Assembly: GCA_965216565.1 (NCBI GenBank)
Contig: OZ244170.1
Location: 3,104,001-3,168,000 of the forward strand
DNA: 64,000 nucleotides
Reading direction: 5' to 3'
Source: Bythopirellula sp.
GTDB lineage: Bacteria; Planctomycetota; Planctomycetia; Pirellulales; Lacipirellulaceae
A program made the position numbers and the translations under genes. Within the stretch, counting starts at the first letter, position 1. Each line of letters begins with the position of its first letter. The notes below the pieces were generated by a model. It was not told the origin of the DNA, made no database searches, and saw nothing but the letters and a program-made list of their open reading frames with translations. Below are positions 37,974 to 48,259 of the stretch, piece by piece.

Positions 37974-39062
37974 ATGGAACATAGAGAGTGGCAGTACATT
38001 TTTTACAATTCCTCCTTCCGCGGTTTATTCTTGATAGCATTCTGGATGCTCGGTCCTACTAATGCTAACTCGGAACCCACCATCCAAGACATCAAACAGG
38101 CCTGGCAATCGCACGCTTTGAAAATGCCATCGTTTACCGTTCATTGCGAGATCCAGCAACAACGCACTGTGTTCAACCAGCCTCAAGCAGATGATCCGTT
38201 TGGAGATCCGCAAAAAGGCCCACCTCGAAGAACTGTGGATGTCTCAAAATCGTTGACTCTCAAACGTCGCGGTACGAGCCTATTGATCGACGTTGGCGGA
38301 GAGCGATATGACGCGGCAAGCAACACCTTGATTCAGCAAACCATACGCACAGCTTTACATCAGAATTCGGTGCGAAACTATATCCTTGAAAGCGACGACC
38401 CCTTTGCAATGGGTATGATGGCCAAAGGAACCCATAAGGTTGGGCTTACCAGGCCCTACCAGGCGACTCTCACGCAATTCTCAATCCCTGTCATTCTTTG
38501 GTGCGATCCTCTGTTTGCCACAAAGGCGAGTGGTTTTGATATCGAATCATCGAAAGCATCCCTGGAACTCTTAGATGATCCTGAGTTTGAAAAAACTATC
38601 GCAATCACATTCCATTCAAAAAGTGGTGCAGCCAGGAGGGAGATCATTTTGAAAGGGCACCCTCCATTCTTACCAATTCGCTCTGGCATTTATAAGGACG
38701 GATCACCGATGATCGTACGCGAATTGAATTATGTTGAGTATCCGGGCTTCGGCGAGCGAGTCGATTCTTGGAAATATAGTCATTATCGGGGCGACAGCGT
38801 CTTGGTGAAAGCTAGAGAAGGGAGCATCAAGAGGTTTGACGACGATCAGCCCCTGGAAGATGAAGACTTCGAACTAGACTTTCCCGTTGGCACACACATA
38901 CTCGATTACAGGGAAGCTAAACGAAAGAGTGATTCCAAATATTGGATCCAATCAACAGAGGATACGATGGAGCGGATATCCCCAAGAGACTTCGGAAAAC
39001 TACCGGACAAGGGCGATCTGGGAGCGGCTCTTCCTGGAACAACTCTTAGCAACGGCACATGA
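37974..39062 (+). CDS. Hypothetical exported protein
   Basis: GGAGGAG RBS; hydrophobic N-terminus; F.LDFPVGT motif; appears more AT-rich than its neighbours. Confidence 0.65.
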   Translation: MEHREWQYIFYNSSFRGLFLIAFWMLGPTNANSEPTIQDIKQAWQSHALKMPSFTVHCEIQQQRTVFNQPQADDPFGDPQKGPPRRTVDVSKSLTLKRRGTSLLIDVGGERYDAASNTLIQQTIRTALHQNSVRNYILESDDPFAMGMMAKGTHKVGLTRPYQATLTQFSIPVILWCDPLFATKASGFDIESSKASLELLDDPEFEKTIAITFHSKSGAARREIILKGHPPFLPIRSGIYKDGSPMIVRELNYVEYPGFGERVDSWKYSHYRGDSVLVKAREGSIKRFDDDQPLEDEDFELDFPVGTHILDYREAKRKSDSKYWIQSTEDTMERISPRDFGKLPDKGDLGAALPGTTLSNGT

Positions 39063-39077
39063 GATTGCCTTTGCCTG

Positions 39078-39401
39078 CTAAGCTTCCACGCTTCTCCCCA
39101 GCTCGCGGAGTTCCTCCAAGGTAAACAGCCCCGTGTTGTGGCCGTCGCTAAAGTGGATGGCGTAGGCGTAGTGTCCCTGCGGCTGCATGAAGGTGATGCG
39201 TAAGAGCGCCGTTTCTTCCGGCTTTAAGACTGTTAGCTCAGTAGCAGCGGGCGGCGGGGCGCGACGTTTTTCCCGGCAATGCGCGCAAGGGCAATTGTCC
39301 CGCAATTCTCTCACCATGTAATGGCGAGACTCGCCGTCGCTCCAATCGATTTGAAGCTGGTCGGGTTGAACTAAATGAAGTGAGGTTGGTCGCAAGGTCA
39401 T
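39078..39401 (-). CDS. DUF971 / gamma-butyrobetaine hydroxylase N-terminal-like protein
   Basis: WSDG, LRDNCPCAHC, G.YA..I.FSDGHNTG. Confidence 0.9.
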   Translation of the reverse strand: MTLRPTSLHLVQPDQLQIDWSDGESRHYMVRELRDNCPCAHCREKRRAPPPAATELTVLKPEETALLRITFMQPQGHYAYAIHFSDGHNTGLFTLEELRELGRSVEA

Positions 39402-39402
39402 A

Positions 39403-40683
39403 TCACGTTTCTCGGTTGTCTACAAATCGTTTTCCCTTGCCTTCAAACCTCGGGAGCGACATGGCCGGCGCCAAACGGACATCGACCCGCAAACCCAAAC
39501 GCAGATGAAGCTCCTCGGCAATTCGCTCCGGCTGCTGGAGGTGATCCTCGACCTCGACAACGAGCGCATCCATTGCACCTTGTTTGTGGACGGTCAGGCG
39601 ATACTCAACCACCTCCGGAAAGCTGTGCATGATTTGCTCGATGGAACTGGGAAAAATATTCACTCCCCGGACGACCATCATATCGTCTGCGCGTCCGACG
39701 AGTCCGCCTTCGAGCAGTACAAATTGGTTCGATCCCGAACTGTTCCATCTCGGCCGCACCAGATCGCCGGTCCGATATCGAATAATCGGTAAACCAGGGC
39801 GTCCCAACGAAGTTAGCAGCAAGTGCGACAACTCTCCTTCCTGCGCAGGCTCGCCCGTCTCGATATGAACGAACTCAGCGATGAATTCACTTTCCAGCAC
39901 ATGGAGCCCCGTCTGACGCTCATCGGCGTATCCCCAGGGCCCCACTTCACTAGCTCCGCTATGATCGGTGACGCGGGCGTTCCACGCTTGTTCAATTCGA
40001 TTTCGTGTGGCTGGGATCGATCCTCCCGTTTCCCCGGCGACTACGATTTTTCTGACGCTAAACGAAGCCAGATTAATCTTGTGCTCCGCCGCCACCTCCG
40101 CCAGATGCAAGGCGTAGGTGGGCGTGCAAAATATTGCCGTAGCTTCCGTGCGTTTGATCAAGTCCAATCGGGCCAGCGTATTCATTCCCCCACCGGGAAT
40201 CGCTAACGTCCCCCGCTGCACCACAGCATCGTGAGCGCTCCAAAAGCCGATGAACGGCCCAAAAGAAAACGCCATCATCACCCGATCCCGCGGTGTGATG
40301 TCGGCTGCATCGAGCACAAACTGCCAAGTATCAATCCACCACTGCCAGTCCGCAGCCGTATCGAATACCGACAGGGGACGACCCCGCGTACCGGAGGTTT
40401 GATGAAAGCGGACATATTTCTCCACCGGCCAAGTCAGGTTCTTAGGGAGCGCGAACTGGCCTTCATCGGAAATCAGCTCTGCCTTCTCGGTGACTGGCAA
40501 CTCAGACAGTTGCTCTAGGCTCTCTAGCGGCTGTGGGCAGCGGACAAATTTCTCACTGTAGAATCGATTGTGTGGCAATATCTCAGCCAAGAGACGATTC
40601 AGACGCTCCAGCTGGTACTTTTGCAGCTCGCACCGATCCAAAGATTCGAGTTCTCTGCGGTGCGCGAATGACTGAATCTCCAT
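39403..40683 (-). CDS. Phenylacetate-CoA ligase family protein
   Basis: QTSGTRG, PIIRYRTGD, GRADDM..VRGVN, RFEGKGKR. Confidence 0.88.
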   Translation of the reverse strand: MEIQSFAHRRELESLDRCELQKYQLERLNRLLAEILPHNRFYSEKFVRCPQPLESLEQLSELPVTEKAELISDEGQFALPKNLTWPVEKYVRFHQTSGTRGRPLSVFDTAADWQWWIDTWQFVLDAADITPRDRVMMAFSFGPFIGFWSAHDAVVQRGTLAIPGGGMNTLARLDLIKRTEATAIFCTPTYALHLAEVAAEHKINLASFSVRKIVVAGETGGSIPATRNRIEQAWNARVTDHSGASEVGPWGYADERQTGLHVLESEFIAEFVHIETGEPAQEGELSHLLLTSLGRPGLPIIRYRTGDLVRPRWNSSGSNQFVLLEGGLVGRADDMMVVRGVNIFPSSIEQIMHSFPEVVEYRLTVHKQGAMDALVVEVEDHLQQPERIAEELHLRLGLRVDVRLAPAMSLPRFEGKGKRFVDNRET

Positions 40684-40692
40684 AGAGTCACC

Positions 40693-42540
40693 TCACCGCT
40701 CGATATCGTAAAGTTCAATCTTACGATATAAGGTCGCCCGACCAATCCCCAGCAACTTGGCCGCTTCCGGAACGTTGCCGCCGGAACGTTTCAATGCCTC
40801 AGCAATAATCTTGCGTTCCCAGTCCTCGATCTTAAGAGAATCGAGAGCAGGGCCTCCACTATCACGGAGGCCAATGTCGTCGGGCTTGATTTCACTTCCT
40901 TCGGCCAGCACCACTGCGCTGTCGATCACATTACGTAGCTGGCGGACGTTACCTGGCCACGGATACTCCAAGAGTTGTTTTCGCGCTGCCTTGCTAAGCT
41001 GCAAATCGGTCCGTCCACGCTCAGTCCGATAGTGGTCAAGGAAGAAATCGACCAAGAGTCCGATGTCCTCGCCCCGATCGCGCAGTGGCGGGATGTGCAG
41101 TTCAAACACGCTGAGTCGGTAATAGAGATCTTCGCGGAACTTCTTTTCTTGAACGTACTTTTGCAGATCTTGATTGGTGGCAGCGATCACCCGCACGTCG
41201 ACCTGCACCTCGACAGTAGCCCCAACCGGCAAGAAAGGATGCCCCTCGAGGATACGCAGTAATTTAGCCTGCCCGTCGAGCGTTAGTTCACCCACTTCGT
41301 CTAAGAACAAGGTTCCTAGATCGGCCTGCTGAAAGTAGCCGCTGTGATCGCGATCGGCACCGGTGAACGAGCCTGCTTTATGCCCAAAGAGTTGGCTTTC
41401 CATCAACTCAGCAGGAATAGCAGCACAATTGACCGACACCATGGGGCTTTCCGAGCGGGGGCTCCCTCGGTGAATGGCACGCGCTACCAGTTCTTTTCCA
41501 GCGCCACTCTCGCCACGCACCAAAACACAGCCCGGAGCAATGCTCACCTTGGCAATTTTACTTTTTAACTTTTGCATCGGGTCGCTTTGGCCAACCATCT
41601 CGTCGTAGCCGGGCAAGTCTTGCACAAGACGCTCGTTTTCGCTCCGCAGACTGACTTCCGCCCTGGCTCGCACGAGAGCAATCACCGCGAGATTAGTCAC
41701 CGCGATAATAAAGTCGAAGTCTGACTGGCGAAAACGGCCATTCTCTAAATAGACATGGATCGCTCCTAACGTGCGTCGGCCGCCATCACTATCCTTCTGA
41801 ACCAGTGGCGCACACACGGCATCGGCAAACGTCACCGAGTCGCTTTCCTCGACACCCGAAGTTTGATTCGCAACCCATACTGCATGTCCCTGGCGAAGCA
41901 CCAACTCGGTTAGCGATTTGCTCAAGCGCACCCGATCGGCTGCCTCTTCAGGAATGACAATTTTGGGTCTCAAGTTGGCTTCGTCATCGGCCCAAAGGAA
42001 TCCGACATTCGCCGCTTTGGTTCGTTCCTGGAGCAATTCTAAGGCAACTCGCATCACCGCTTCGGGTTCCTCGCAGCTCAACAGATGAATACTCAACTGG
42101 TAGAGCAACAGCAACTCCTGAACCTGCTCGGGTGTTGGGAGTGCCGCGAGCACCTCTTGATTGCTCTGCTGAACGGCAATGGGCAGGTCCTGAACAATCG
42201 TTTGTGTGCGGGTCGGATCGTCATCGGTATCCGCCGTGGCGGGATCCTCCGAGAGAGTCAGCTTGAACTCCGTCGATCCGATCTGCACCAAATGACCATC
42301 GCCCAGAGTAGCCGTGTCGATCTTTTGTCCATTCACCATCGTGCCGTTGCGGCTTTTTTGGTCGTCGATCTGCCACTGACCATCGACTTGGGTAATGATG
42401 GCGTGGACGCGGGAGCACATGGGATCGGGAACCGAAATATGGCAATCCGTGCCGCGACCCAGCAACGTTTCGCGGCTAGGCTCGAGCGGAAAGTTGGTCC
42501 CGGAACGATTCCCGGTAAGAATGGTCAGATAGGCGTACAC
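40693..42540 (-). CDS. FHA + GAF + sigma54-activator AAA+ + Fis-HTH regulator
   Basis: LGR/SRVHA/SRNGT FHA motifs; GESGAGKE, GSFTGA, FLDEVGEL, WPGNVRQL; C-terminal HTH. Confidence 0.93.
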   Translation of the reverse strand: MYAYLTILTGNRSGTNFPLEPSRETLLGRGTDCHISVPDPMCSRVHAIITQVDGQWQIDDQKSRNGTMVNGQKIDTATLGDGHLVQIGSTEFKLTLSEDPATADTDDDPTRTQTIVQDLPIAVQQSNQEVLAALPTPEQVQELLLLYQLSIHLLSCEEPEAVMRVALELLQERTKAANVGFLWADDEANLRPKIVIPEEAADRVRLSKSLTELVLRQGHAVWVANQTSGVEESDSVTFADAVCAPLVQKDSDGGRRTLGAIHVYLENGRFRQSDFDFIIAVTNLAVIALVRARAEVSLRSENERLVQDLPGYDEMVGQSDPMQKLKSKIAKVSIAPGCVLVRGESGAGKELVARAIHRGSPRSESPMVSVNCAAIPAELMESQLFGHKAGSFTGADRDHSGYFQQADLGTLFLDEVGELTLDGQAKLLRILEGHPFLPVGATVEVQVDVRVIAATNQDLQKYVQEKKFREDLYYRLSVFELHIPPLRDRGEDIGLLVDFFLDHYRTERGRTDLQLSKAARKQLLEYPWPGNVRQLRNVIDSAVVLAEGSEIKPDDIGLRDSGGPALDSLKIEDWERKIIAEALKRSGGNVPEAAKLLGIGRATLYRKIELYDIER

Positions 42541-42770
42541 GTGGAGCGGCAGGGTGGTGTCCGGTAAGGAAGTTCAACAAACCTTCATCCTAACCCACGC
42601 CAGCCTATCAGGAAATGGAGACCAGGAATCGAGTGCAACGAAACCGGCAGTGATAGGTGCAAACCGCGCACAGGGAGCTCTCTTCAATCGCTTGCCGACG
42701 GATTTTAGCTCTGATAGACTGCGCGAGGCCAACTTGTGGAGGTGGCGGAGCCCCTTGATCAAGCCAAATA

Positions 42771-42844
42771 CGGGCTGTGGCTCAGCTTGGTAGAGCGCTG
42801 CGTTCGGGACGCAGAGGTCGGAGGTTCAAATCCTCTCAGCCCGA
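42771..42844 (+). tRNA. tRNA-Pro(CGG), CCA not encoded
   Basis: CGGGCTG/CAGCCCG acceptor stem; ctgcg-ttCGGga-cgcag anticodon arm; GGTTCAAATCC T-arm. Confidence 0.97.
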
Positions 42845-42915
42845 CTTGGCATGTCACCCGAAGAATTCGCGGTTCTGCTTACCTACCGATATGAGGCAGT
42901 GCGATACTTCCCCAA

Positions 42916-44610
42916 TCATGCCCGGAATCGACGTTGTCCAAATAGCATGCAGTAAAAGGTGAAACCGAGGTACGACCATGAGGTTGGTTCAGGGACTTGG
43001 TGAGCGGCAAGTGGCGTGACGATCTGCGACCAGCCATAGTTCGCCTGCCAACGCCGCAAGTCCAGTTGATTCACTTTGCCGTCTGCATTGGCATCCCCGT
43101 CGGACACGGTCGCTCCGGACTGCATACCTAGTCCGATTTGCAGGGCCAGAAAGTCTGCGCCATCTACGTCCAGATCTCCATCGAAGTCTCCTAAGAATGA
43201 ACTCGCCGTGCGGCGGTCCGCAAGCAGCTCCACCGTCGAGACGCCTGGGACTTCAATTTGGTGGATTCCTGGTTCCAAATAGACGACGTTGTATTCGCTC
43301 CAAACGGTCCGTGCTTTACTCACCACACGGTAACGACCCCCAGTGGTCACATTCACATCCCACAAATCCCCGCTTGCTCTAGTTGCCACAAGCGGCGCCG
43401 GTCGGTGTCCAGTGGCAAACATGGGGGTCTCTGCGTGTCCTTCACTCGCCACGTCGTAGAACGATGTTAATTGGGTGGCGTAGTCGTCGCGCACTCCTGC
43501 GCTATACCACAAACTGTGGCCGGCGGCACCTTCGGTTCGCGAACGTTCAATCATTTGCTCAACGTCTGCATAAGGTGTATTGGGGCCACTGCCATTGACG
43601 CGAATTCCCACAACCAACTTATCAAGCTCACCAGGTTCGAACGGTGCCACCTGGGCATCGATCACCGAGTTAAAGCTCCCGATACTGCTGCGATAAACTT
43701 GGGGCACGTACTCATCAAAGATGCCATCGTCCACCCACGCTGGCCAATCGGCATTGAAGTTGGTGCCCGAGAAGGGCGTGATCGACGGACTCACCGATAC
43801 GTGCATCTCTGGGCGTGCAGTCTTCACCGCTTGATAAAGCTCGTCGGCAAAATCGGCCACTTTTTGCTGCCGCCAATTTCGAAAAGCGGCATCGTTCACG
43901 CTGCCAGGCAGGCTATTGCCGGTATCTGCAAGATAGAGAGCGGCAGTTTGACTGTCCCAACCAAACTCCCGAGGCCAGGCCAACCGGTCGTCGAACTGAA
44001 CGCCATCCAGGTCGTAACGATTGACGGCCTCCAGGGTGATGTCAATCAAAAACTGTTTTACCTCTGGGACGGCAGGATTCATCCAAGCAAAACCGTTTGA
44101 ACTATTGCCGTAATTGCCGCTCTGATCTTCCAGGAGCCAACCTTGGTTCTTCATGTAGGTAGCCAGTGGATTCGAGGGTGTACCACCCGAACCGATGAAT
44201 TGCGCGGCAAACCCATACTCGAACCAACCTACCTGCACCATTTGATTTCGATGTGCATTGATCAGAGTCTCCTCCACCAAATCGCGATTAAGACCCAAGA
44301 AACTCGAACGATCTCCACCACCAGTTAGTGCAGCCAAGGTCGGCGAAGGGTAGTTGGTGAAGCCATTTTTCCACGTCTCGACATAAGCGGTATTTAACCC
44401 GATTGAGCGAAGATCACTAAAGACCGACTCCGTATTTCCACCTCCTTTGATGTGATCTGGCCCGGTAGTTGTGAGCCAAGTGCCGCGAACTTCCGGTGTT
44501 GCCGCTATGCAAGAAGTAGCCCACAGCATCAGCAGGACGCTACTCGATAAACAGCTCGTTCTCAGGGCGGTGTGCAAATTGAATCTGCGAATTGGGGATG
44601 GCTTACTCAT
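42916..44610 (-). CDS. GHL10 (DUF187, YddW/DigH-like) glycoside hydrolase + dockerin-like segment + PEP-CTERM
   Basis: EVRGTW, WFEYG, WMNPA.PEV, DGVQFDDR, PQVYR; GDFDGD.DVDGAD; VPEP; GGAGG RBS at ATG 44610. Confidence 0.88.
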   Translation of the reverse strand: MSKPSPIRRFNLHTALRTSCLSSSVLLMLWATSCIAATPEVRGTWLTTTGPDHIKGGGNTESVFSDLRSIGLNTAYVETWKNGFTNYPSPTLAALTGGGDRSSFLGLNRDLVEETLINAHRNQMVQVGWFEYGFAAQFIGSGGTPSNPLATYMKNQGWLLEDQSGNYGNSSNGFAWMNPAVPEVKQFLIDITLEAVNRYDLDGVQFDDRLAWPREFGWDSQTAALYLADTGNSLPGSVNDAAFRNWRQQKVADFADELYQAVKTARPEMHVSVSPSITPFSGTNFNADWPAWVDDGIFDEYVPQVYRSSIGSFNSVIDAQVAPFEPGELDKLVVGIRVNGSGPNTPYADVEQMIERSRTEGAAGHSLWYSAGVRDDYATQLTSFYDVASEGHAETPMFATGHRPAPLVATRASGDLWDVNVTTGGRYRVVSKARTVWSEYNVVYLEPGIHQIEVPGVSTVELLADRRTASSFLGDFDGDLDVDGADFLALQIGLGMQSGATVSDGDANADGKVNQLDLRRWQANYGWSQIVTPLAAHQVPEPTSWSYLGFTFYCMLFGQRRFRA

Positions 44611-46345
44611 GCTCAGAATCCTCCACCGGCAACGTCCAGTCGATAGGCGTCTGCGCGGCAACAAGCGGTTGAACCTCTTCAATCGTTTCTAGGACTTCCC
44701 TCGAATCCTTACCAGTTTCAGCCATGTGGGCTGCAATCACTCCCGCAGCCGTGCCACTAGACCATTCAATGGGATGGAGCCGCGTCGCCGAATTCGCCAG
44801 AAAACTCTGTGCCATCGTTTTCCCGGTTACTAACAGATTTTGGTGGCGATGATGCGTGAGCGCGCGGAACGGAATGCAAAACGGCAGAGTGTCGTGGGCT
44901 CCGGAAATGTATTTCGGATACTCACACCCAGCGAGTGGGTGAACGTCAGCGGGATAGGCTCCCAGGGCGATCCGATCTTTGAATACTTTTCCTGTCACTT
45001 GCGAAGCGGGGCCCGTTAGGTCGGCAAACTTCAGCACAAAGCCATCGAGTCCAATCGAGCGACGGGTATCGCGAATGTAGGGGAGCTTGGCGAGACCATG
45101 GCCAGTGCCCATCTCTTCGCCCGCCAAAACAATCTGGTCGGGGTCAAACTCACTAGGAGCTTGTTTGCGGAACCACTCGTGCCAGCCCAGCGCTCGCTGC
45201 TCCGCCGCAGCCAAGGTTTCTCCATTGATACCGCCCTGCCAATCGGCAACTTCTTTCTGCGTCTCGTGCTTTGACTTGAATAGGTAACCGAAAGGGTAAT
45301 CGTTCCCGCCATGCTCTCGACTCTTAGAATATCCCCAGTTTTGCAAACAAAGGTCGCCAACCGCAGATTTTCCTTGGCCTTTGATCCGTCGATAGGTCCA
45401 AATTAATTCCCAGGGGTTCTCCTTGTCCTGGTAGTCGCCGTACCCGAGCCGATCTGCTTGGGGGACTGCCCTGCCCTGGGCACTGGCCGCGGATCGAATT
45501 CGCTGGACGAAACAGTAGACCGTCGACTGGCCACAGGTGTCGTTGCCACCAGTCTCACCTTCAACTTGTTCGACCCCTTGCAAATAGTCGGTGCCCGATA
45601 GGGCCAGCAACTCACCCCATTCTGTCGCGTCGACAAATACTGTTGAGCTACCAGACTTATTAATAAACTGATGTACCGTTTTGCTAAAACGCTTGGAGTC
45701 TTCCTCGCCGTACCAATCGGCTAAGTCTTGCGAAGGTAGCTTGTCGTATCCACGGTGAGGTAGCGAATCGGCAGCAGCGCGCTCGATGGCGGTAAGCGAA
45801 ATAATTGCCTCACCGTTGTCGTCACACTCCAAACTTTTGACGACCGTTTCGTAGAAGATCGTCAGGTTGTCGGCCACTTGGTCTCGCATGGGATGAAGAC
45901 TTGATTCCAGGTATTCCACCGGCCGAAAGCAGTACCGACTAACCCAGCAGTCCCCGCAACCGTCGATTGCCTGCAGGCTGCCCAGGAAATTGGGCGTGAT
46001 ATTACGCGGATCGCGGGCAATCAATGCGACGTTCAATGATGGGCCTTCCCCCTCGGCTGCAGCAACCGTGTGCCAGGCTTCGTCCACCGCCGGCACTCCG
46101 CTGGAAGTGAGCTGACCACCAACCCAATCGGTCGGTTCCAGCAGCGCTGTCTTGGCACCACTCTTGGCAGAAGAGATTGCAGCGGCAAAGGCGGCCGTCG
46201 ATCCACCGGCTATGACGACGTCGAATTCGTTATGCACTTGGGTTTCGCCAGAGAGCGCGCAATTCCACTGACCGGCAGCGAACAAGAGCCATAGGCCCAG
46301 GCACTTGCCGATTCGGTATCTTGGTTGTTTCTTCGCATCAATCAT
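44603..46345 (-). CDS. Exported FAD-dependent oxidoreductase
   Basis: DVVIAGGS.AA, GGQLTSSGV, DATEWG, PYIRDTRR, IPFRAL, RLHP. Confidence 0.85.
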   Translation of the reverse strand: MIDAKKQPRYRIGKCLGLWLLFAAGQWNCALSGETQVHNEFDVVIAGGSTAAFAAAISSAKSGAKTALLEPTDWVGGQLTSSGVPAVDEAWHTVAAAEGEGPSLNVALIARDPRNITPNFLGSLQAIDGCGDCWVSRYCFRPVEYLESSLHPMRDQVADNLTIFYETVVKSLECDDNGEAIISLTAIERAAADSLPHRGYDKLPSQDLADWYGEEDSKRFSKTVHQFINKSGSSTVFVDATEWGELLALSGTDYLQGVEQVEGETGGNDTCGQSTVYCFVQRIRSAASAQGRAVPQADRLGYGDYQDKENPWELIWTYRRIKGQGKSAVGDLCLQNWGYSKSREHGGNDYPFGYLFKSKHETQKEVADWQGGINGETLAAAEQRALGWHEWFRKQAPSEFDPDQIVLAGEEMGTGHGLAKLPYIRDTRRSIGLDGFVLKFADLTGPASQVTGKVFKDRIALGAYPADVHPLAGCEYPKYISGAHDTLPFCIPFRALTHHRHQNLLVTGKTMAQSFLANSATRLHPIEWSSGTAAGVIAAHMAETGKDSREVLETIEEVQPLVAAQTPIDWTLPVEDSEHE

Positions 46346-46362
46346 CTGGAGCCCCGTTCCCT

Positions 46363-48225
46363 CTATTCATTTTTAGTGGTGCCCAAGGGCGATGCCAAGA
46401 ATTGCGATTCTTCCATACGAACCATATGTTTTCGGAACATCGGTAGGAACATTGCACCGCCAATGAGCCCAGCTCCGATCAAAACGATCGCATGGAGATA
46501 TCGACCCACAGCCAATTGCGAAATTGCCACCACCGGTAATGAAATTGCAATGGCACCCACGATCGCGGTCAGCGTTCCCGGCCAGAGGATACTATCTGTA
46601 TAGACTGGCTCACCGGCAGCTTGCAACTTCGCTCGGATCGGTCCCCAACGTCCGGGTGGTCGCGCCCGACGATAGAAATCCACCAGCGTTCTCTCATCTT
46701 CTGGTGGAAACATTAGCGTGATTGTCCACCAAATCATTGTATTCACGACAATTGCAATTAATGCCTGCAACATGGCCATGGAGTCGGCGCGGGCACTGCT
46801 TATTGAGATCTGCTCTTGCCACCACGGCCACATCGGCAGCACTGCGCCCAACCCAAAGTAAACCACTGGCCCGCCAATCATGGCCGCCAACCACGAGGCA
46901 AAATTCACTCGCCACCACCACCATTGGGCCCAATAGAATAAGGCGACCGAGGCAAACATGCCCGCAATCACAGTGACGATGCCAAACAACGACTCCGACA
47001 TATACATGACGCCGATACCCAATGCCAAAATGCCCAGCATCGTAAGCCGACCGATCCAAACAGCCGATCGCGTCGAGGGATCTAGCAGCCTTGAATTGGG
47101 GAACAATTGCCGAAATACATCATTCACCAGCGTTTGTGCCCCGTAGTTCAAGTGGCTATCGACTGTAGACATCACGCTAGCCAAGAGTGCTGCCACAGCG
47201 ATCCCTAACATCCCCATCGGCAGATACTCTTTGAGCAAGATGCCGAAAGTTTCCTCCCGCGCTTCGCTGGTAGCGTGATACAACTCGGGATGGCTGACCA
47301 ACACGCCCAACACAGGTAATGTCAGGAGCAACAGCATCGCATACAACGCCACCGCTGCCCAAATGGGAACCTTGGCAGCTTCTCGAGACGACACCGTGGA
47401 AAACAGTCGCTGTCCATCGAGATCGACGGTTCCGCCCCGGCCAATCGTATGCACAACCAGCCAAGCTAGGACGACCAGCGGACCGAGCACTTCATGACCC
47501 GGCACGGGGAAGACTGCCAGGATCTCGGTGTGCTCTTCGGGATGCGCCGCAACGATGGCGTCCGATAGTCCCGCAGGGCCGCCGAAACTACTTAGCACCG
47601 ACCACAGCAAAAATGCACTTGCCAGTAAGATCACAAAGGTCTGGAGGACATCTGTCACTACGACGCCCACAAATCCAGAGATCCACACGTAGCCGACGAG
47701 TACTGGCAACACTGCCACTAAGGTGGTGGCTTTACTTTCGATTCCAAAAACGGGGCTGAGAATCTTGTGGGTGCCCAACAGTCCGGCACCCAGCCAAGGC
47801 ACCATATTGAGCGCCACGGCAATGATCGCCGAAACGATGCGGACGACTTTGGCACGACCGCCACCAAATCGCAACGAATAGAATTCCGGTCCGGTGCGAA
47901 CACCTAGGTTCCACCAGCGTACGGCAAAGAGCATTGCTACGATCATCCACCAGAGCGAGAACCGCGACAAATAGAACCACGCGACCGGCAACCCAATCAC
48001 CGCCGCTAGACCGCAATAAAGTGGTGCAACGTCGGCGTTCATCGCAGTCACGGCGTAGGAAATTCCGTTCACCCACCCCGGCAACTTTCTGCCTGCCAGG
48101 TAGAAGTTCTCTTCATCGGCATTCGTCGTGATCCAGCGACTGGCAAGAATCCCGAAACCGAAACTCGCAATCAGATAGCCAACAACGATGGCAAGATCGA
48201 CGGTTTGGGCAGAGCTGAATTCCAT
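46363..48225 (-). CDS. Sodium:solute symporter family transporter
   Basis: FYLAGRKLP, GVVVTDVLQ, AALLASVMSTVDS; many TM helices. Confidence 0.9.
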   Translation of the reverse strand: MEFSSAQTVDLAIVVGYLIASFGFGILASRWITTNADEENFYLAGRKLPGWVNGISYAVTAMNADVAPLYCGLAAVIGLPVAWFYLSRFSLWWMIVAMLFAVRWWNLGVRTGPEFYSLRFGGGRAKVVRIVSAIIAVALNMVPWLGAGLLGTHKILSPVFGIESKATTLVAVLPVLVGYVWISGFVGVVVTDVLQTFVILLASAFLLWSVLSSFGGPAGLSDAIVAAHPEEHTEILAVFPVPGHEVLGPLVVLAWLVVHTIGRGGTVDLDGQRLFSTVSSREAAKVPIWAAVALYAMLLLLTLPVLGVLVSHPELYHATSEAREETFGILLKEYLPMGMLGIAVAALLASVMSTVDSHLNYGAQTLVNDVFRQLFPNSRLLDPSTRSAVWIGRLTMLGILALGIGVMYMSESLFGIVTVIAGMFASVALFYWAQWWWWRVNFASWLAAMIGGPVVYFGLGAVLPMWPWWQEQISISSARADSMAMLQALIAIVVNTMIWWTITLMFPPEDERTLVDFYRRARPPGRWGPIRAKLQAAGEPVYTDSILWPGTLTAIVGAIAISLPVVAISQLAVGRYLHAIVLIGAGLIGGAMFLPMFRKHMVRMEESQFLASPLGTTKNE

Positions 48226-48259
48226 ACGAGTGTCACGCTGATTCCACAGTTGAGGTGAA

